From: Phoronis australis | Taxonomy: Eukaryota > Animalia > Phoronida | Length of the DNA: 64,000 nucleotides | Direction of reading: 5' to 3' | Assembly (NCBI GenBank): GCA_002633005.1 | Contig: NMRA01000140.1 | Location: forward strand, 645,917 to 709,916 | Shown here: in pieces, positions 39,107-51,854 of the stretch | How positions within the stretch are numbered: position 1 is the first letter of the stretch | How the letters are laid out: each line of letters opens with the position of its first letter | Position numbers and translations under genes: made by a program | The notes under the pieces: model-generated | What the model was told of the DNA's origin: nothing | The model's database searches: none | The model's input: the letters and a program-made list of their open reading frames with translations, nothing else

Positions 39107-40133
39107 CTTACTCTCTTGTCAGCTTGCCCTGACCCCGCGACCCCGCGACTCCAAAAATTCACGCCTACTTGACGAGTTCTAGCGAATGAGGTCACCGCTT
39201 TATTGGGTGAAAAGGTCGTTGCTGGCTGTATGGACTAGTGAGTGGCATTTCTTTTGAATTTACCGCGTCTGCAATAAGTAAAATTTCGACTATTGATTGG
39301 ACGAAAATCTCAAAAATCTTACTACGTGCATAATAAGCAGAGTTTGACCTTTCTCTTGATAATGCTTATGAAGGAATTGGGTCACCGGGTGGTTGAGCAA
39401 CGCGGTCACGAAAACCCGTGAATTTTGAGGAAAATTTCACAAGCTATCCGGTGGCGGAGAAGGTGATGTTTTTCAAAATGAAATAAATAAGGTTTAAAAT
39501 GAAGTTTGCTTTTTTAAAACCATGTTTTGTGAAGTAGAATGAATAAATAATCCTAATCTGCAATAAAAAAATTTGACCTAATTTTCACCGAAAGCGACTG
39601 TTTGCAGTCAGGAAATACGATGCGCGACTTAAGACTCATTTTGTCGTGCTGAAATTATCAGCTGGTTAAGTTAGGTTGCTGCATGCCGTCATATGCATTG
39701 TTCAACAATATCAACGTGACGTGTGATAACGCGACATCATTATGGCTCCCGACGTTCAACGTTGATATGCAACCGAGCCCTGCGATCTCTTTCATGAAAG
39801 CGATTTAAGACTAAAGAGTGCACTTTTCTCGTTCCCAACGCGTTCAGAAATACACGCAATTAAAGCGAACCAGATTCACCGAACTCACTAGTAATACCTA
39901 CCTCAAAACTGCCGTTAAATCTGGCTTACCCCAAACCGTCACACTTATGAGTGCATCATAGTATAGAAGTGTTTATATCTGAGTACGTAACTAGTGTGTA
40001 TTCTTAGACGCTTAGCACTTTTGCTCAAATGAGATTTTATTATTTTTCATGGCTAGTTGTGAAGATCGTAAGACCAAATTTCTGACTTCAGTCCTTTTCA
40101 TGAGAAGTGATCCAAAAGTAACTTTTCCACTAG

Positions 40134-40280
40134 CAGTGGCGGATTTAGAAGATGGCCATAGCCCCCCTAAAATTCTCCCAGATTCCATTTAGTAGTTCGG
40201 GAGTGCGAATGTGTGACGAGCAAAATCCTGGCTAATACACTGCCCTACCCCTCTAACTCAAAATCCTGGATCCGCCCCTG
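40134..40280. mobile_element. GC-rich MITE with 5-bp TSD ACTAG; paralogous copy at about 50559-50705
   Basis: cagtggcggatttag ... ctggatccgcccctg. ACTAG at 40129-40133 and 40281-40285. Confidence 0.8.
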
Positions 40281-41868
40281 ACTAGTTTCCCAAAATACTA
40301 CTATAGAGAAGTGGTATCAACATATCGTATGTCTACTAGCAGTGGATGACCGTTACAACTGTTTGGGTATGAGACGACAGAGTTCTCTGCCTGGCCTGTT
40401 GGAGTAAAAATGATGTACTGTCAAAAACGATTTGTGAGACATTGTCATTTTAGAACCACATGAGACTGTGAGTCGTTTGAGGTAAAAACTAGCACTGATT
40501 GAAAGAGAATGGTTAAATTTCAATTCAGGCGTTTCAAAATGAAGGAGCTGGTTCTGTTAGCTTTCGTGTCTGTACACGTGCCATTAGTACTTGATACCGA
40601 AATTAAACAGTCTGGGCGTTACTACAAACAATCTTTTTGAGCAAGGACGAATTCCAACAGTTGGTTTTGAGCACTAATAAGATGGCACCTCTAACTGTTA
40701 TCTTTAAACTTGCATTTTGTCCTGTTCAGTTGCCAAGTCCTGTAACATTTCTTACGATACTATTCCCGTTACCAACTCGAGTCACAGGGAACAGGGTCGT
40801 AGGAAGCGGGGGCACGGGCCCCCAAAACATTTTCAGGTGTCAGGGTTGAACCGTGGCAACCGACGTTGGCGTGGGGCCAGGGAAAGTCGAGAAAATAAAG
40901 ACTGCGAAATACGGATAAGAGACAAAATTCAAGAGAACGTTTAACAACTCTGCATCAGTGCATGCTTTACCTTTTGAGGACCATTGTCTTTAGGATCACC
41001 GGTTTTGCAGAACAGGTCGTCCAAACGCACTTGAAAACGTGCACGAAATCAATCATACATATAACTCGAAAAATCGAGAAATTTGTAAAGCGAAGCATTT
41101 GCGGAGCGTACTAGTTAATTGATCGGATTTTTAAATTCAATAAGACGATTTTGTGAATGCAAAACTATATTTTTCCATATGCCCCTCTCTGGCAAGGGAT
41201 AACGGAGACAACTTTCGCTTTATTTTTTTCTCGAAACTGTATATTACTTGAGAAAAATTGATGACCTGACAGCTAACATCAATGGTTGTGTATTTCCTAA
41301 TATTTGAAAATATAGATATTTTCATATTTAGGTGCCCCGCCCTTGAAGGAGGCAATTGATGGCATTCAAGTGGCCACCTTTTTGTGTTTTTATTGACAAA
41401 TTTTTAAGGGGCCGCTCACGGAAACAGGGCCCAATGTTGAAATATATTACCTCTATTTTCCTGTTTTTTGTGAAATCGTGCAACCGGCTTTCATGTTGAA
41501 GGAGGTCACTCCCTGCATCGTTTTGGGACCACACGACGGTGGAATGCACTGTCACTCTTTTGTCCAAGCTTAAGGATGTTTAGCCTATAATCTTAAGGAG
41601 TCCCATTTCAGACGGTACCCTCTCTCGTTGGAGCACTTCGGAGGAAATGTCCCTTTGTCCCTCTATATATGTAAATTCGACATTGCCAAGTATTCACGAT
41701 GAAAGCTGAGATACCAACTTCATCAAAAAACACAAAACATTCGTGCACAGCACAGACATTCGACCCAAACAACCAAAAAGGTGAAAAAATACAGTAGGAT
41801 CGCCTCCATCGAAAGGGTGGAAGTTTGAAGAACGTGAAGAACACTAATTGTGAATTACACAAAACGAG

Positions 41869-42140
41869 AGCGCTCGGAGGAGCGACACTTGGCGAAATTA
41901 CGCGAAAACAGGACGAAGGGGAGGACGACGACGACGAACATGACGATGAAGGCGGAGATTATGAACAACACGATAGCATTCATGTGACTAGCGAACAAAT
42001 GAGTAAGAAATAGTCTGCAGTCTTGTTTACGCACCCGGTAAACTGGCAACTGTGCGACAGCGCTCGGAGGAGCGACACTTGGTGAAATTACGCGTAAATA
42101 GGACGATGGGGAGGACGACGACAACGATCACGACGACTAG
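41869..42140. repeat. Direct repeat of about 70 bp (41869 and 42060) in the spacer between the duplicated blocks
   Basis: agcgctcggaggagcgacacttgg(c/t)gaaattacgcg(a/t)aaa(c/t)aggacga(a/t)ggggaggacgacgac occurs twice. Confidence 0.85.
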
Positions 42141-43397
42141 CGAGAAATGAAAAATATCTTATGAAAGTGCGTTTAAATTTCTATCGAACTGTACAGATTT
42201 CTGATCGGTTAATGTACATGACAAGAAAAGAGAGCATTTAATCAAATCAAAAGAACAATAGATGGCGCAACATAACGGACACAGCTCAACAAAGCTAAAC
42301 CTACATCAGAGCAGCAAGAACGATCCAAGGAACAGTGCTAGCTGGGTCATTCGGGGTCAACTTGTACAGGCAAAACAAAAGAGAGCCGGCCAGCTGCGTG
42401 TGCTTGCATTGGCAATGCAACGGAGACCAAACGAACAGAAAATCTCGAATAATTCAAAAAGTAGACATTGTAGCGAAAAATGGAAAATATCTTCTGAAAG
42501 CCCACTCACAACTCTATCTTACTGGAACGTTTTGCAACATTCCATAACTTTTTGGAAAAAAAATGAAAATTTGCCGTTTTTTGAAATTCAAAGTCAAATA
42601 ACTCTTAAACGGTAAGTCTGAGAAATACGCTCTCCGAGACTTTTTGAAAGAGCATACTTCAAGGAATCCACATGCAAAAATTCACGTCATTTGCTCTTCC
42701 CGTTAAAAACGCGACTGCAGAACGATATAAAACGTGTGAACATGCGCCATAGCCGCCATCTTAAAAGTGACTTCCGGTTAAACAAAATTTTACAAAAGCT
42801 TATTACTACCAACAAACACGTGACCAGTTTGAAACTGATTGGTTCGCAAATGCGCCCTCTAGAGGAGAAAATGTTTTTGGCCAGATATCGGGGTGCGCAT
42901 GCGCCACTTCCACAATATTTCCGCCATCTTTGATGGAAGTCAACGATTTTCGGTACAGTTGTAGCACATGTGCTCTATAATACTCGCACCACGTTTCAGC
43001 CCTGTACGTCTAAAAATGCGGCCTCTACGAGCATTTGACAGTGAAATCGGATACAAAATGGCCGCCACGTCCGTCATTTTGAATCCGATCATGACCAAAA
43101 ACAATAGGCTTCCAGGACTTTCCGATCTACACGTTGTGTGCTAATTTCGTGAGAATCTTCAGTAAAATTCAGGACGCCGTGACATTAACAAAAATGTGAT
43201 ACTTCAACTACTCATGCGAAATTTCCAGATAAAAGTTTTCTGATAGGTAAAAATGTAAAAATACCTCTACTGAGTAGCTTCGAAATATACTGTTGATGGC
43301 TCATTACATTGGTTGCAGTGTAGGACTTTTCACAGAAAGTAAAATTAGTAATCCCGTTACAAGTAGTGTGTGTTATCGTAAACAAGTGACATTGATT

Positions 43398-44050
43398 GGA
43401 ATACATTTTGTAATATGTTACTGAAGAATGTGGACTCTGGAAAAAATAACACTATTTATAACACCTGTTGCATAGCTGTCACGGTCGAGAATGAAAAAAC
43501 GGGACAACTGGATTGAAGAGTGGGACTTCCGAATATAAAGCTGGACATCTGGGACTATGCCAAAACGCAAGGGTGAAATGTTTGCCGCAACACATAAAAA
43601 CGTCCCGACAGCGTTTTTTGTCGAAAGGGAGACGTAACATCCAAAAGCGTCCGACGGCGTTTCTGTTAGAAGCCATAGAACGTCACGTTTTTTTCCGTTT
43701 AGGCAGACGAAAAATAAGGCTATGTTGTGTGTGTCAAGAAGTGGGACATTCTGATGGTGTGCCTTGACGGCGGTCAAATTCTGGAAGTGCGACAGTCGGC
43801 TGAGAGCGGGACAATTGGCAATTATAAATTGTGCGCTTTCAGTAAAACACAAAATATTTGATTGGGTTCTTTTTCAAAATAAACTTTTTCATTATATTAA
43901 TTTTATTTCAACCAGGAGTATAGTTAGACATTACTGCTCAGAAATCGCTAAAAAATTATCTGGGTAACACGTAAACATTGCACAATTGACTTATCATTGA
44001 AAACAGTAACAATATATACATGCATATACAAACTCTTAGCTACACAAATA
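43398..44050. mobile_element. Repeat segment present only in copy B, related (inverted) to about 55090-55645
   Basis: Copy A reads cgtaaacaattgacattc-aatacacgagtacg contiguously, whereas copy B has about 650 bp between these anchors. The internal tcgagaatgaaaaaacgggacaac is the reverse complement of ttgtcccgtttttttcattctcga at about 55595-55618. Confidence 0.7.
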
Positions 44051-45431
44051 AATACACGAGTACGTATTTCGAGCGTTCCCAAGGGCCTGATCATTTCGTT
44101 TATATTTGCAAAACAAATACTAAGAAACCAGACGCCACTTCGTTTTGTAAAGTAATGTAACATGACCCAAAAGTGTGTTGTTGAAAAATTCCTGGCATGT
44201 AGTTTGGTAGGTTGTCGAAAGTGGTTCTAAGACCGGAGATGAAAAGATACCAGAGGTCATACTATATCTGGTGTTCGGCCAGGGCCACAGGTCTGTACGT
44301 AAAAAGGATGACCTGAGTGTAATTGTCGGGTTTGTTTACTAATTTTGTGAGAAATCGCTGATTGTCAGGAACTGTACATCAAGAGACTCAACTGATGAAA
44401 AACTATAACGCTGCATGAAAACTCAGTCGCGCAGACAACCGGAAATTGACTGTGCAAACTCTCGGTTCGCGAGCTTTAACTATAGAATACATAGGTCGAG
44501 TTGGCATTTCATGTCCAGATTGCTATCACCAATCAAACCGGCATCGGTTGACAAGCGAAGCAGAGATCCTAGAGATACAAACGATATTCACGGAAAACGT
44601 GAAAGTTCCTGTGTCTAAGTAACCCACCAGCATTCACTAACTGACGTCATAAATGCATTATCAAACGCTGCTTTCGTCATTTACACGAACATGCACACGT
44701 CATTTTAAGAAAAATATGCATTTTAATGACATGTCTCGAAATTATGAACTTGTGTATAAAGCATATTTCAATTCCAGACATGTCAAGGGAAAAACTCATA
44801 CTGACTAACAACTCGTTCCACACTCTTTCTCAATGTCACTCCGAGCAGAAACCTTGTCGAAGAGTATAAACTGTTTCCGGGTTCGCAAGGTATAAATCAA
44901 CTTTTATGTTTATGATACACTTCGTCTTCTAGCCGTTTAAGTCGATAAATCCGATCGGACCGGGACTCAACTCTTCCGCATTAGAATTGTGGGTCGAAAA
45001 GCAATGGTAAGACCAAAACGCATTGGATCTGGCCCCGGAAAATCAAGATGGTGGTGCGGTATTTTTAGTTGCTCACTTTATAAAAAGAATATCCACGTTT
45101 GACAAGCAAAAATGATGTGGCAACGGCATCTGCAACGGCGGCAGCATCGGCAATGGTAGCGGCAGCAGCAGCAGCAGCAGAAGGAGCGGCAAGAGGAGCA
45201 GCAATAAAAAGGTGGGGCTATAGCCACTCAGTGGTGCATCGCCCATAGACCAGGGGTGGCACAGCACTGAAAAAAGTGGGGGCTATATCCCCCCAGCCCC
45301 ATATGGTGCGCCGCCCACTAAGGCAGTCGATATAGTTTATCAAATGCATTTCGAAAACATTATTTGGACAATTCTACGTTGTATGTTCATATTTTCAGGA
45401 AAAGTTCATGACATTTGGTTATGTGTTGCAG

Positions 45432-46144
45432 GTATTTGGCTACTTTCGCTCCTGCTGTCGTCGCCTCCTTTATTTGGATGGTCGAAGTATGCTTTTATAA
45501 GTAATCAACACTTTTGCTTCTTCAAATGGGAGCTCAGTGAATCCTACACTGTTTTTGTGGTGGCTGTGTGCTTCGGTGGCCCGTGTTCTGTGATGTACTT
45601 CAGCTATGTTTCAATTATACGAGAAGTCAAAAGAAGCAATCTAAGAGTACATGCGCACGAACGACCAGCGGAAGTGGAACAAACGACAACGCACACGAAC
45701 AAGTCATCATCAACCAGTAGTGTCCCTTCGACTGGTACAAAACGTCCGTCGATGCGTTTAAAGCCAAAAATTGACAACCAGAAAAAACTTTGCACAACGT
45801 CTGTTGAACCTCAGAACGTTCTAGCTGTTTCGACGAATGAAAAGCACATTGCGACGCAGAAACGACTTCGAAAAATGAAGCGCGACAAAAAACAAAACGA
45901 AGAAGTTAAGCTGTCAGCAACGTTATTTCTGGTGATTGCTATATTCATAACTTCATGGTTGCCGTACAGTGTTGGCATGTTTCTACACGTATTCGGTAAA
46001 ATGGAACTGCCGCATTCACTTTCAATGGTTATACTGTTGCTAGGTTACACAAACAGTTGTCATAACCCGTTTATTTACGGCCTGAGCAACAAACAATTCA
46101 CAAACGCTTTTCGAAAGTTACTGTGTCGGTCGCGATGCTGTTAA
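45432..46144 (+). CDS. Duplicated GPCR exon 2 copy B (orphan or alternative terminal exon), open frame
   Basis: Same acceptor tgttgcag|gt (45431/45432), same length (713 nt) and same stop as 31585-32297. I count 9 substitutions. No copy of exon 1 lies between 41295 and 45432. Confidence 0.75.
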
Positions 46145-46761
46145 ATGCTACATGTATATGCTACAATATGCTAACAAGTTAGCCAGTTAAGCAAATAGTC
46201 GTAATTGTTAGGAGCGAGTTTGACTGCTGGTGTAATATTTGTGTATCTTTTGAAAAAACCTGAAATTACAATAAGGCCGCCACAAGGGTGTGAGTGCTGT
46301 GTTGCTGTCTGTGACATATGGTGGATCATGACAGAAGAGTAATTGTCTGCAACCATATTGGAATCGAAGGTGGCTGTCAAAAATTGACTACTTTTGCAAT
46401 GAATGAACATAATCTGCTTCACAGATGCATTTAATTATCCATACTCTGGTTTAGTATGAATACGACTGAGGGGAAAACATGTGATATATTTTGTTAACTT
46501 GTTTATGGAATTTTTTAACGTCTTTCAAAATTGAGATATCACACAATAGACTGAAAGGAGCAAACGTGCTTATCGTTTAAGGTTGAACCTACGATGCCCT
46601 TTAAAATCCCCTTGAAACATTACTCCCTGTCCATTATGGGAAGCCCGGTGAAAACGTTGGGCCATAAATGAAATGAATTAAAATTTTTTGAGGACCATGA
46701 TGTATTAGCACTTGGCTAAGCATGTATTGTGTTTATTACCGTGTTCTCGATAGATTAACTC

Positions 46762-46763
<2 letters not shown>

Positions 46764-46800
<37 letters not shown>

Positions 46801-46860
46801 AATGATCATGATAATAATAATAGTAATAGTAATAGTAATATTAATAGTAATAATGATAAT
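46764..46860. repeat. (AAT/GAT/AGT)n microsatellite, much longer than its copy-A counterpart (about 32944-32963)
   Basis: aataataataat...gataatgataat...agtaatagtaat. Confidence 0.9.
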
Positions 46861-48634
46861 GGTTAGCCAAATTCATGCCGTGTTAGCCCGGAGTGTATTC
46901 CTATAAAAGAGGTATACAAGTACCGCCAAAAGGATGTTTTGGCAGCAAAAATAATCTCCAAAGTGGTGCCATTTTGGACAACATACTATCTAATATGGTG
47001 ACTTTTTTGAACAGAACTGCGCGAAAATGTAAACTTTTACACAAAATTACTCTCTAAATGGGTCACTTTTTGTCCGAATCCATGGGTAGGTATCCAATTT
47101 TTTGGGCGGCACCACTCGTCCAAAAATACACGAGTATCTCCGGCCGTGTCAGATACCACTTGTTCAGGATTTTGATCATTTGCTTTGTGATATTACTTTG
47201 GTTTCATAAAATGTAACAATGGCACATTTCTCGCATGTGCGTTCGACGTCAACGTAATAATTACGTAAAATGTAACAACTTCTTACACTAACCTTGTCGT
47301 CGTCATCGTCGTCGTCGTCATTTGCAAATTCCCGAAGCGATATGTTCAGCTTCTAATGACCCCGATCACAAATTCGCAATAGCCAAGTACTTGCACACTG
47401 TTATGTTACAGTTTCCATCATTTCAAGTTTGTAATCGTTAATCGAAGCCACTGTCCTTGTCCTAACCCCTTGCATCATATTTAGTTGTTGTTATTATTTA
47501 CTCTAATTTATTTCCAGTCCCTATTTTGTTATCTTTTTCTTTCAACCTGGTCATTTATAATTATTTCTACTTAAATTCTTTGTGCATCCTAGCGGTAAAT
47601 AACTAAGGCACTGCAATTACTAACATGTAAAATTTGTTTCCAAAAGAAAGATACTCCATAGAATTTCATTAGAGCCGCTACTTGATTTCAACATATTTAT
47701 TGGCTTACTGAAGACATACACATGCAGTACGACGAGAACATAATTGCCTTGACTTTTAATTCTGCCAAATTCACGGATTATGATTTCATGCCATGGCATT
47801 AGGCTCCTCGGCGATAATGAATTCCGCGTGTGCCTTCTACTAACAGAAATGTCACTGAAAGGTGACAGTTTGACAAAAAGCTATCAGATTAGTTTTATAA
47901 GATTATAAAGGATACAATTGTGATCACGTCTTTTGTGTCTATGTCGAACCCTAGAGAAAAATGCACAAATTTGGGTAACATTATATCTCAGAAAAGGCTG
48001 ACGGGATTGAGATGAAACTTTCACATACTACGTATAGTCTATTGGAAGAAACGATGGGGATCACTTATTACGTGTCAAGGAGGCCTATTTCGGAGGGGAC
48101 AGCGAAAGATAACCAGTCATTCAAAACTGCAAATTGTGAGTGTTCAATACATTGCTACTCTACACTGTTAATTCGTAAACATTTTAGCTCCTTAATCGAG
48201 AATTTCAGCTTTTTGATAACTGAAGTACAAGAGCAAATCTGTATTCGTCATGTCATATACACCGTTTATGCATCGGTCACTTAAAGCTTCCGACGCCGAT
48301 CAGCTGAGTTTGAAGCAGAAAAAGGTCGGACGATTGTTGGGAGATTCACTGGGTACGCCGGGTGGGTGTCGGTGCCAAAAATCACCAGTTGGAGCAAGTG
48401 ATCCGGTCAAAATCGCAGATCATGCTTAAGCCATCGGGATGGAGCTCAACCTTCATCAGCTTAGCATTTACAAAATGTTTAACAAAAATTCAAATTCATA
48501 ATATACCCGCCGATAAGAGAACTTTAAGAAAAGCGCACAACTCAAGCACATCATAAAAAAGCCATAGTATTCATGTAGTGGCGCAAATCGCGGTCGCAAG
48601 TTAGAGCTTTTGCTTAGAACAGGTGTAGCTTGCA

Positions 48635-49342
48635 TTACTTGTCGTTCAGTCGATTGTAACCAAAACCTTCGTCTTGTTGCGACCCTTGTTCCACTGTGGA
48701 ATTGTTAGTGTTCTCGACGTACTGGGCACTAACCACAGTCAGTGTAGGATTTTGGCTTCCTACGTATGCGGGCGATGCGACCGGATCATAGACAGGGCCC
48801 ATTGGTTGGCCACCGAAGCCAGACGTTGGTATTATTACCTGCTGTTGTTGGTTTGGCTGGACTTGGGCATATACAACGACTTGACCGGCGGGAGAACGTT
48901 GGCCGCAACACACAGCCCTGCAGCAGAATGCTGAACATACAATGGAGATGATAAACTCCACGAAAAACGCAATGAGCATAAACGAATCCAGGCCTAGAGC
49001 TATTTCATAGCGGAAGGTAATATAATGGTGAGATTGAATATCAATGAGAACGGCGGAAATCTGAGTTATAAATCCAGTGAACGCAAACACAGCAGAGATG
49101 ATGCATAGGACCATCAAGGCAATGATGTTGCAGTTATTCTTGAATTTCCAGGAAGTAAATCCAAAAATACTAGTGACAATGAAGATCAACCCACACCAGA
49201 TACCAGTTCCGACGAAGCCAATAGACGAATAGAATATCGCGCAAATACCAATCACAATGCCAATGCAACCCGCCACCAATTGGACGATGGTAAAGCCGAG
49301 AACAGCCTTGTGGTTGAAGTTTGCTCTAGAATTGTCAGACAT
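48635..49342 (-). CDS. MS4A / CD20-like four-transmembrane protein, 235 aa in one exon
   Basis: Acceptor cctttttgttgtttcag is immediately followed by ATG at 49342. Four hydrophobic helices, VLGFTIVQLVAG (TM1), GTGIWCGLIFIVTSIFG (MS4A-type TM2), EFIISIVCSAFCC (TM4 plus Cys cluster) and a Pro/Gln-rich tail. An upstream coding exon cannot be excluded. Confidence 0.85.
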   Translation of the reverse strand: MSDNSRANFNHKAVLGFTIVQLVAGCIGIVIGICAIFYSSIGFVGTGIWCGLIFIVTSIFGFTSWKFKNNCNIIALMVLCIISAVFAFTGFITQISAVLIDIQSHHYITFRYEIALGLDSFMLIAFFVEFIISIVCSAFCCRAVCCGQRSPAGQVVVYAQVQPNQQQQVIIPTSGFGGQPMGPVYDPVASPAYVGSQNPTLTVVSAQYVENTNNSTVEQGSQQDEGFGYNRLNDK

Positions 49343-51854
49343 CTGAAACAACAAAAAGGTGAAATTACAGTACAACTGGGGCGCGATAAATTAAAAATCG
49401 GCTCATTTCCCTTCTCCACTGAAACGACTCGTACATGCATCACATAGCACAAGTTTCAACTTAAAGTTTTCTAAGGAATGGTCCCGAGATGTTACCATAC
49501 ATACACATATTCAAACTTTTGCGGTTGAATCAGAAATAGGACATTTTAACATGTTTGCCATAGTGTTTCGCATTGACGTTTTGCGGGAAACAAAAATCAT
49601 TGCGCGCGCATTCCAGAAAATCGGGTGACGTATCTGACACTAATGGGACGCGATTCGAACACAGTAACGGCAATAGAATTGCACAGTCAAATCCTATTTT
49701 CAAAAATTGTGCGGATCTTGGATTTTTTGCCGATTTAGGTAATCAATGGGGCAATTTAACGCTTGCAATTTTTACAAAATTGCGTGTTTGAAGAAATTAG
49801 TTTTCGTCAAAAACGATAGCACAAATTATATACTCCCGGGAAGATTTGAATATTGACCAGGGGCTTAGTAGTCTAATTATTATTTTTAATTTTCGCATTT
49901 TAATTTTATTTGAGTGGGTGCAAAACGTCAAAATGATGTCATACTAAACAAAGGAATACAATTCAGAAGGTGTCACCGAGGCCATCGTCTACTCGGCTAA
50001 CTGGAAGTTTATTTTGGACGCCTGCTACCTTACTCGCATACATGGTAAACAGCAGATTTGGGTTACATAAAAGTCAAAATTATCAGCTGGTTAAGTTAGG
50101 TTGCAGCATGACGTCATATGCATTGTTCAACAATATCAACGTGACGTGTGATAACGCAACATCATTGTTGCTCCCGACGTTCAACGTTGATATGCAACCG
50201 AGCCCTGCGATCTCTTTCATGAAAGTGATTTAAGACTAAAGAGTGCACTTTTCTCATTCCCTACGTGTTCAGAAATACACGCAATTAAAGCAAACAAGAT
50301 TTACCGAACTCACTAGTAATACCTACCTCAAAACTGCCGCTAAATCTGGCTTACCCCCAACCGCCACCATTATGAGTGCATCATAGTATAGAAGTATTTA
50401 TATCTGAGTACGTAACCAGTGTGTATTCTTAGACGCTTTGCACTTTTGATCAAATGAGATTTTATTATTTTTCATGGCTAGTTGTGAAGATCGTAAGACC
50501 AAATTTCTGACTTCAGTCCTTTTCATGAGAAGTGATCCAAAAGTAACTTTTCCACTAGCAGTGGCGGATTTAGAAGATGGCCATAGCCCCCCTAAAATTC
50601 TCCCAGATTCCATTTGGCAGTTCGGGAGTGCGAATGTGTGACGAGCAAAATCCTGGCTAATACACTGCCCTACCCCTCTAACTCAAAATCCTGGATCCGC
50701 CCCTGACTAGTTTCCCAAAATACTACTATAGAGAAGTGGTATCAACATATCGTATATCTACTAGCAGTGGATGACCGTTACAACTGTTTGGGTATGAGAC
50801 GACAGAGTTCTCTGCCTGGCCTGTTGGAGTAAAAATGATGTACTGTCAAAAACGATTTGTGAGACATTGCCATTTTAGAACCACATGTGATTGTGAGTCG
50901 TTTGAGGTAAAAACTAGCACTGATTGAAAGAGAAAGGTTAAATTTCAATTCAGGCGTTTCAAAATGAAGGAGCTGGTTCTGTTAGCTCATGCGTCTGTAC
51001 ACGTGCCATTAGTACTTGATACCGAAATTAAACAGTCTGGACGTTGCTATAAACAATCTTTTTGAGCAAGGACGAATTCCAACAGTTGGTATTGAGCACT
51101 AATAACATGGCGCCTCTAACTGTTATCTTTAAACTTGCATTTTGCCCTGTTCGGTTGCCATCCGGTAACATTTTTTACGATACTATTCCCGTTACCAATT
51201 CGAGTCACAGGGAACAGGGTTGTAAGAAGCGGGGGGCCGGGGGGAAGGGCACGGGCCCCCCAAAAATTTTCAGGCATAGGGTTGAACCGTGACAACCGAC
51301 GTTGGCGTGGGGCCAGGGAAAGTCGAGAAAAGAAAGACTGCGAAAATTCAAGAGATCCTTTAAAAATTCTGCATCTGTGCATGCTTTACCTTTTGAGGAC
51401 CATTGTCGTTAGGGTCTCCGCTTTTGCAGAACAGGTCGTCCAAACGCACTTGAAAATGTGCACGAAATCAATCATACATATAACTCGAAAAATCGAGAAA
51501 TTTGTAAAGCGAAGCATTTGCGGAGCGTACTAATTTATCGGATTTTTAAATTCAGCAAGACGATTTTGCGAATGCAAACTATATTTTTCCATATGCCCCC
51601 CATGTAAGGGATAATGGAGGCAACTTTAGCTTTATTTTTTTCTCGAAACTGTATATTCCTTGAGAAAAATTGATGACCTGACAGATAACATCAATTGTTG
51701 CGCATTTATGGTTCAACGGAAATGTAGCCGCATGCTCTCACTCGCTACCAGGCCCGAGTGCCTTATGGGATAAAAGGTCAAGACGGCCTTGCTCTGGTGG
51801 ATAACCCAATTTTTCCAGCTCGACAAAATGTATAGACACTAGTAGTGTGTGTCA

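Larger units (their letters stand above)
34051..39651 (-). mobile_element. Sola1-type DNA transposon, 5601 bp, AAAT target-site duplication
   Basis: Absent from the paralogous site (aagtcaaaat|tatcagctgg at 50071-50090). AAAT at 34047-34050 and 39652-39655. TIR cagcacgacacaatgagtcttaag / cttaagactcattttgtcgtgctg. Encodes a spliced DDD transposase. AWWT targets and the DNCxGQNKN / GHT..PD motifs fit Sola1 as I recall the family. Confidence 0.85.
28778..41295 (+). repeat. Tandem segmental duplication, copy A
   Basis: Colinear with 43156-51707 from tcttcagta.aattcaggacg.cgtgacattaacaaaaatg to gatgacctgacag.taacatcaat. It differs by substitutions, indels, the Sola1 insertion and an N gap. Confidence 0.93.
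43156..51707 (+). repeat. Tandem segmental duplication, copy B
   Basis: Colinear with 28778-41295. Lacks GPCR exon 1 and the Sola1 element; contains the MS4A-like exon. Confidence 0.93.

Noticed and set aside
38795-39132. Plus-strand ORFs overlapping transposase exon 1 (similar antisense ORFs overlap the GPCR, MS4A and SLC6 exons)
   Set aside because: Shadow frames of real coding exons with no motifs of their own.
28778-51707. Duplication as purely two haplotigs joined at the N
   Set aside because: The sequence right of the N itself contains two copies of one block (33356-41295 and 49390-51707) with no further gap, favouring a real tandem duplication. Not fully excluded without reads.
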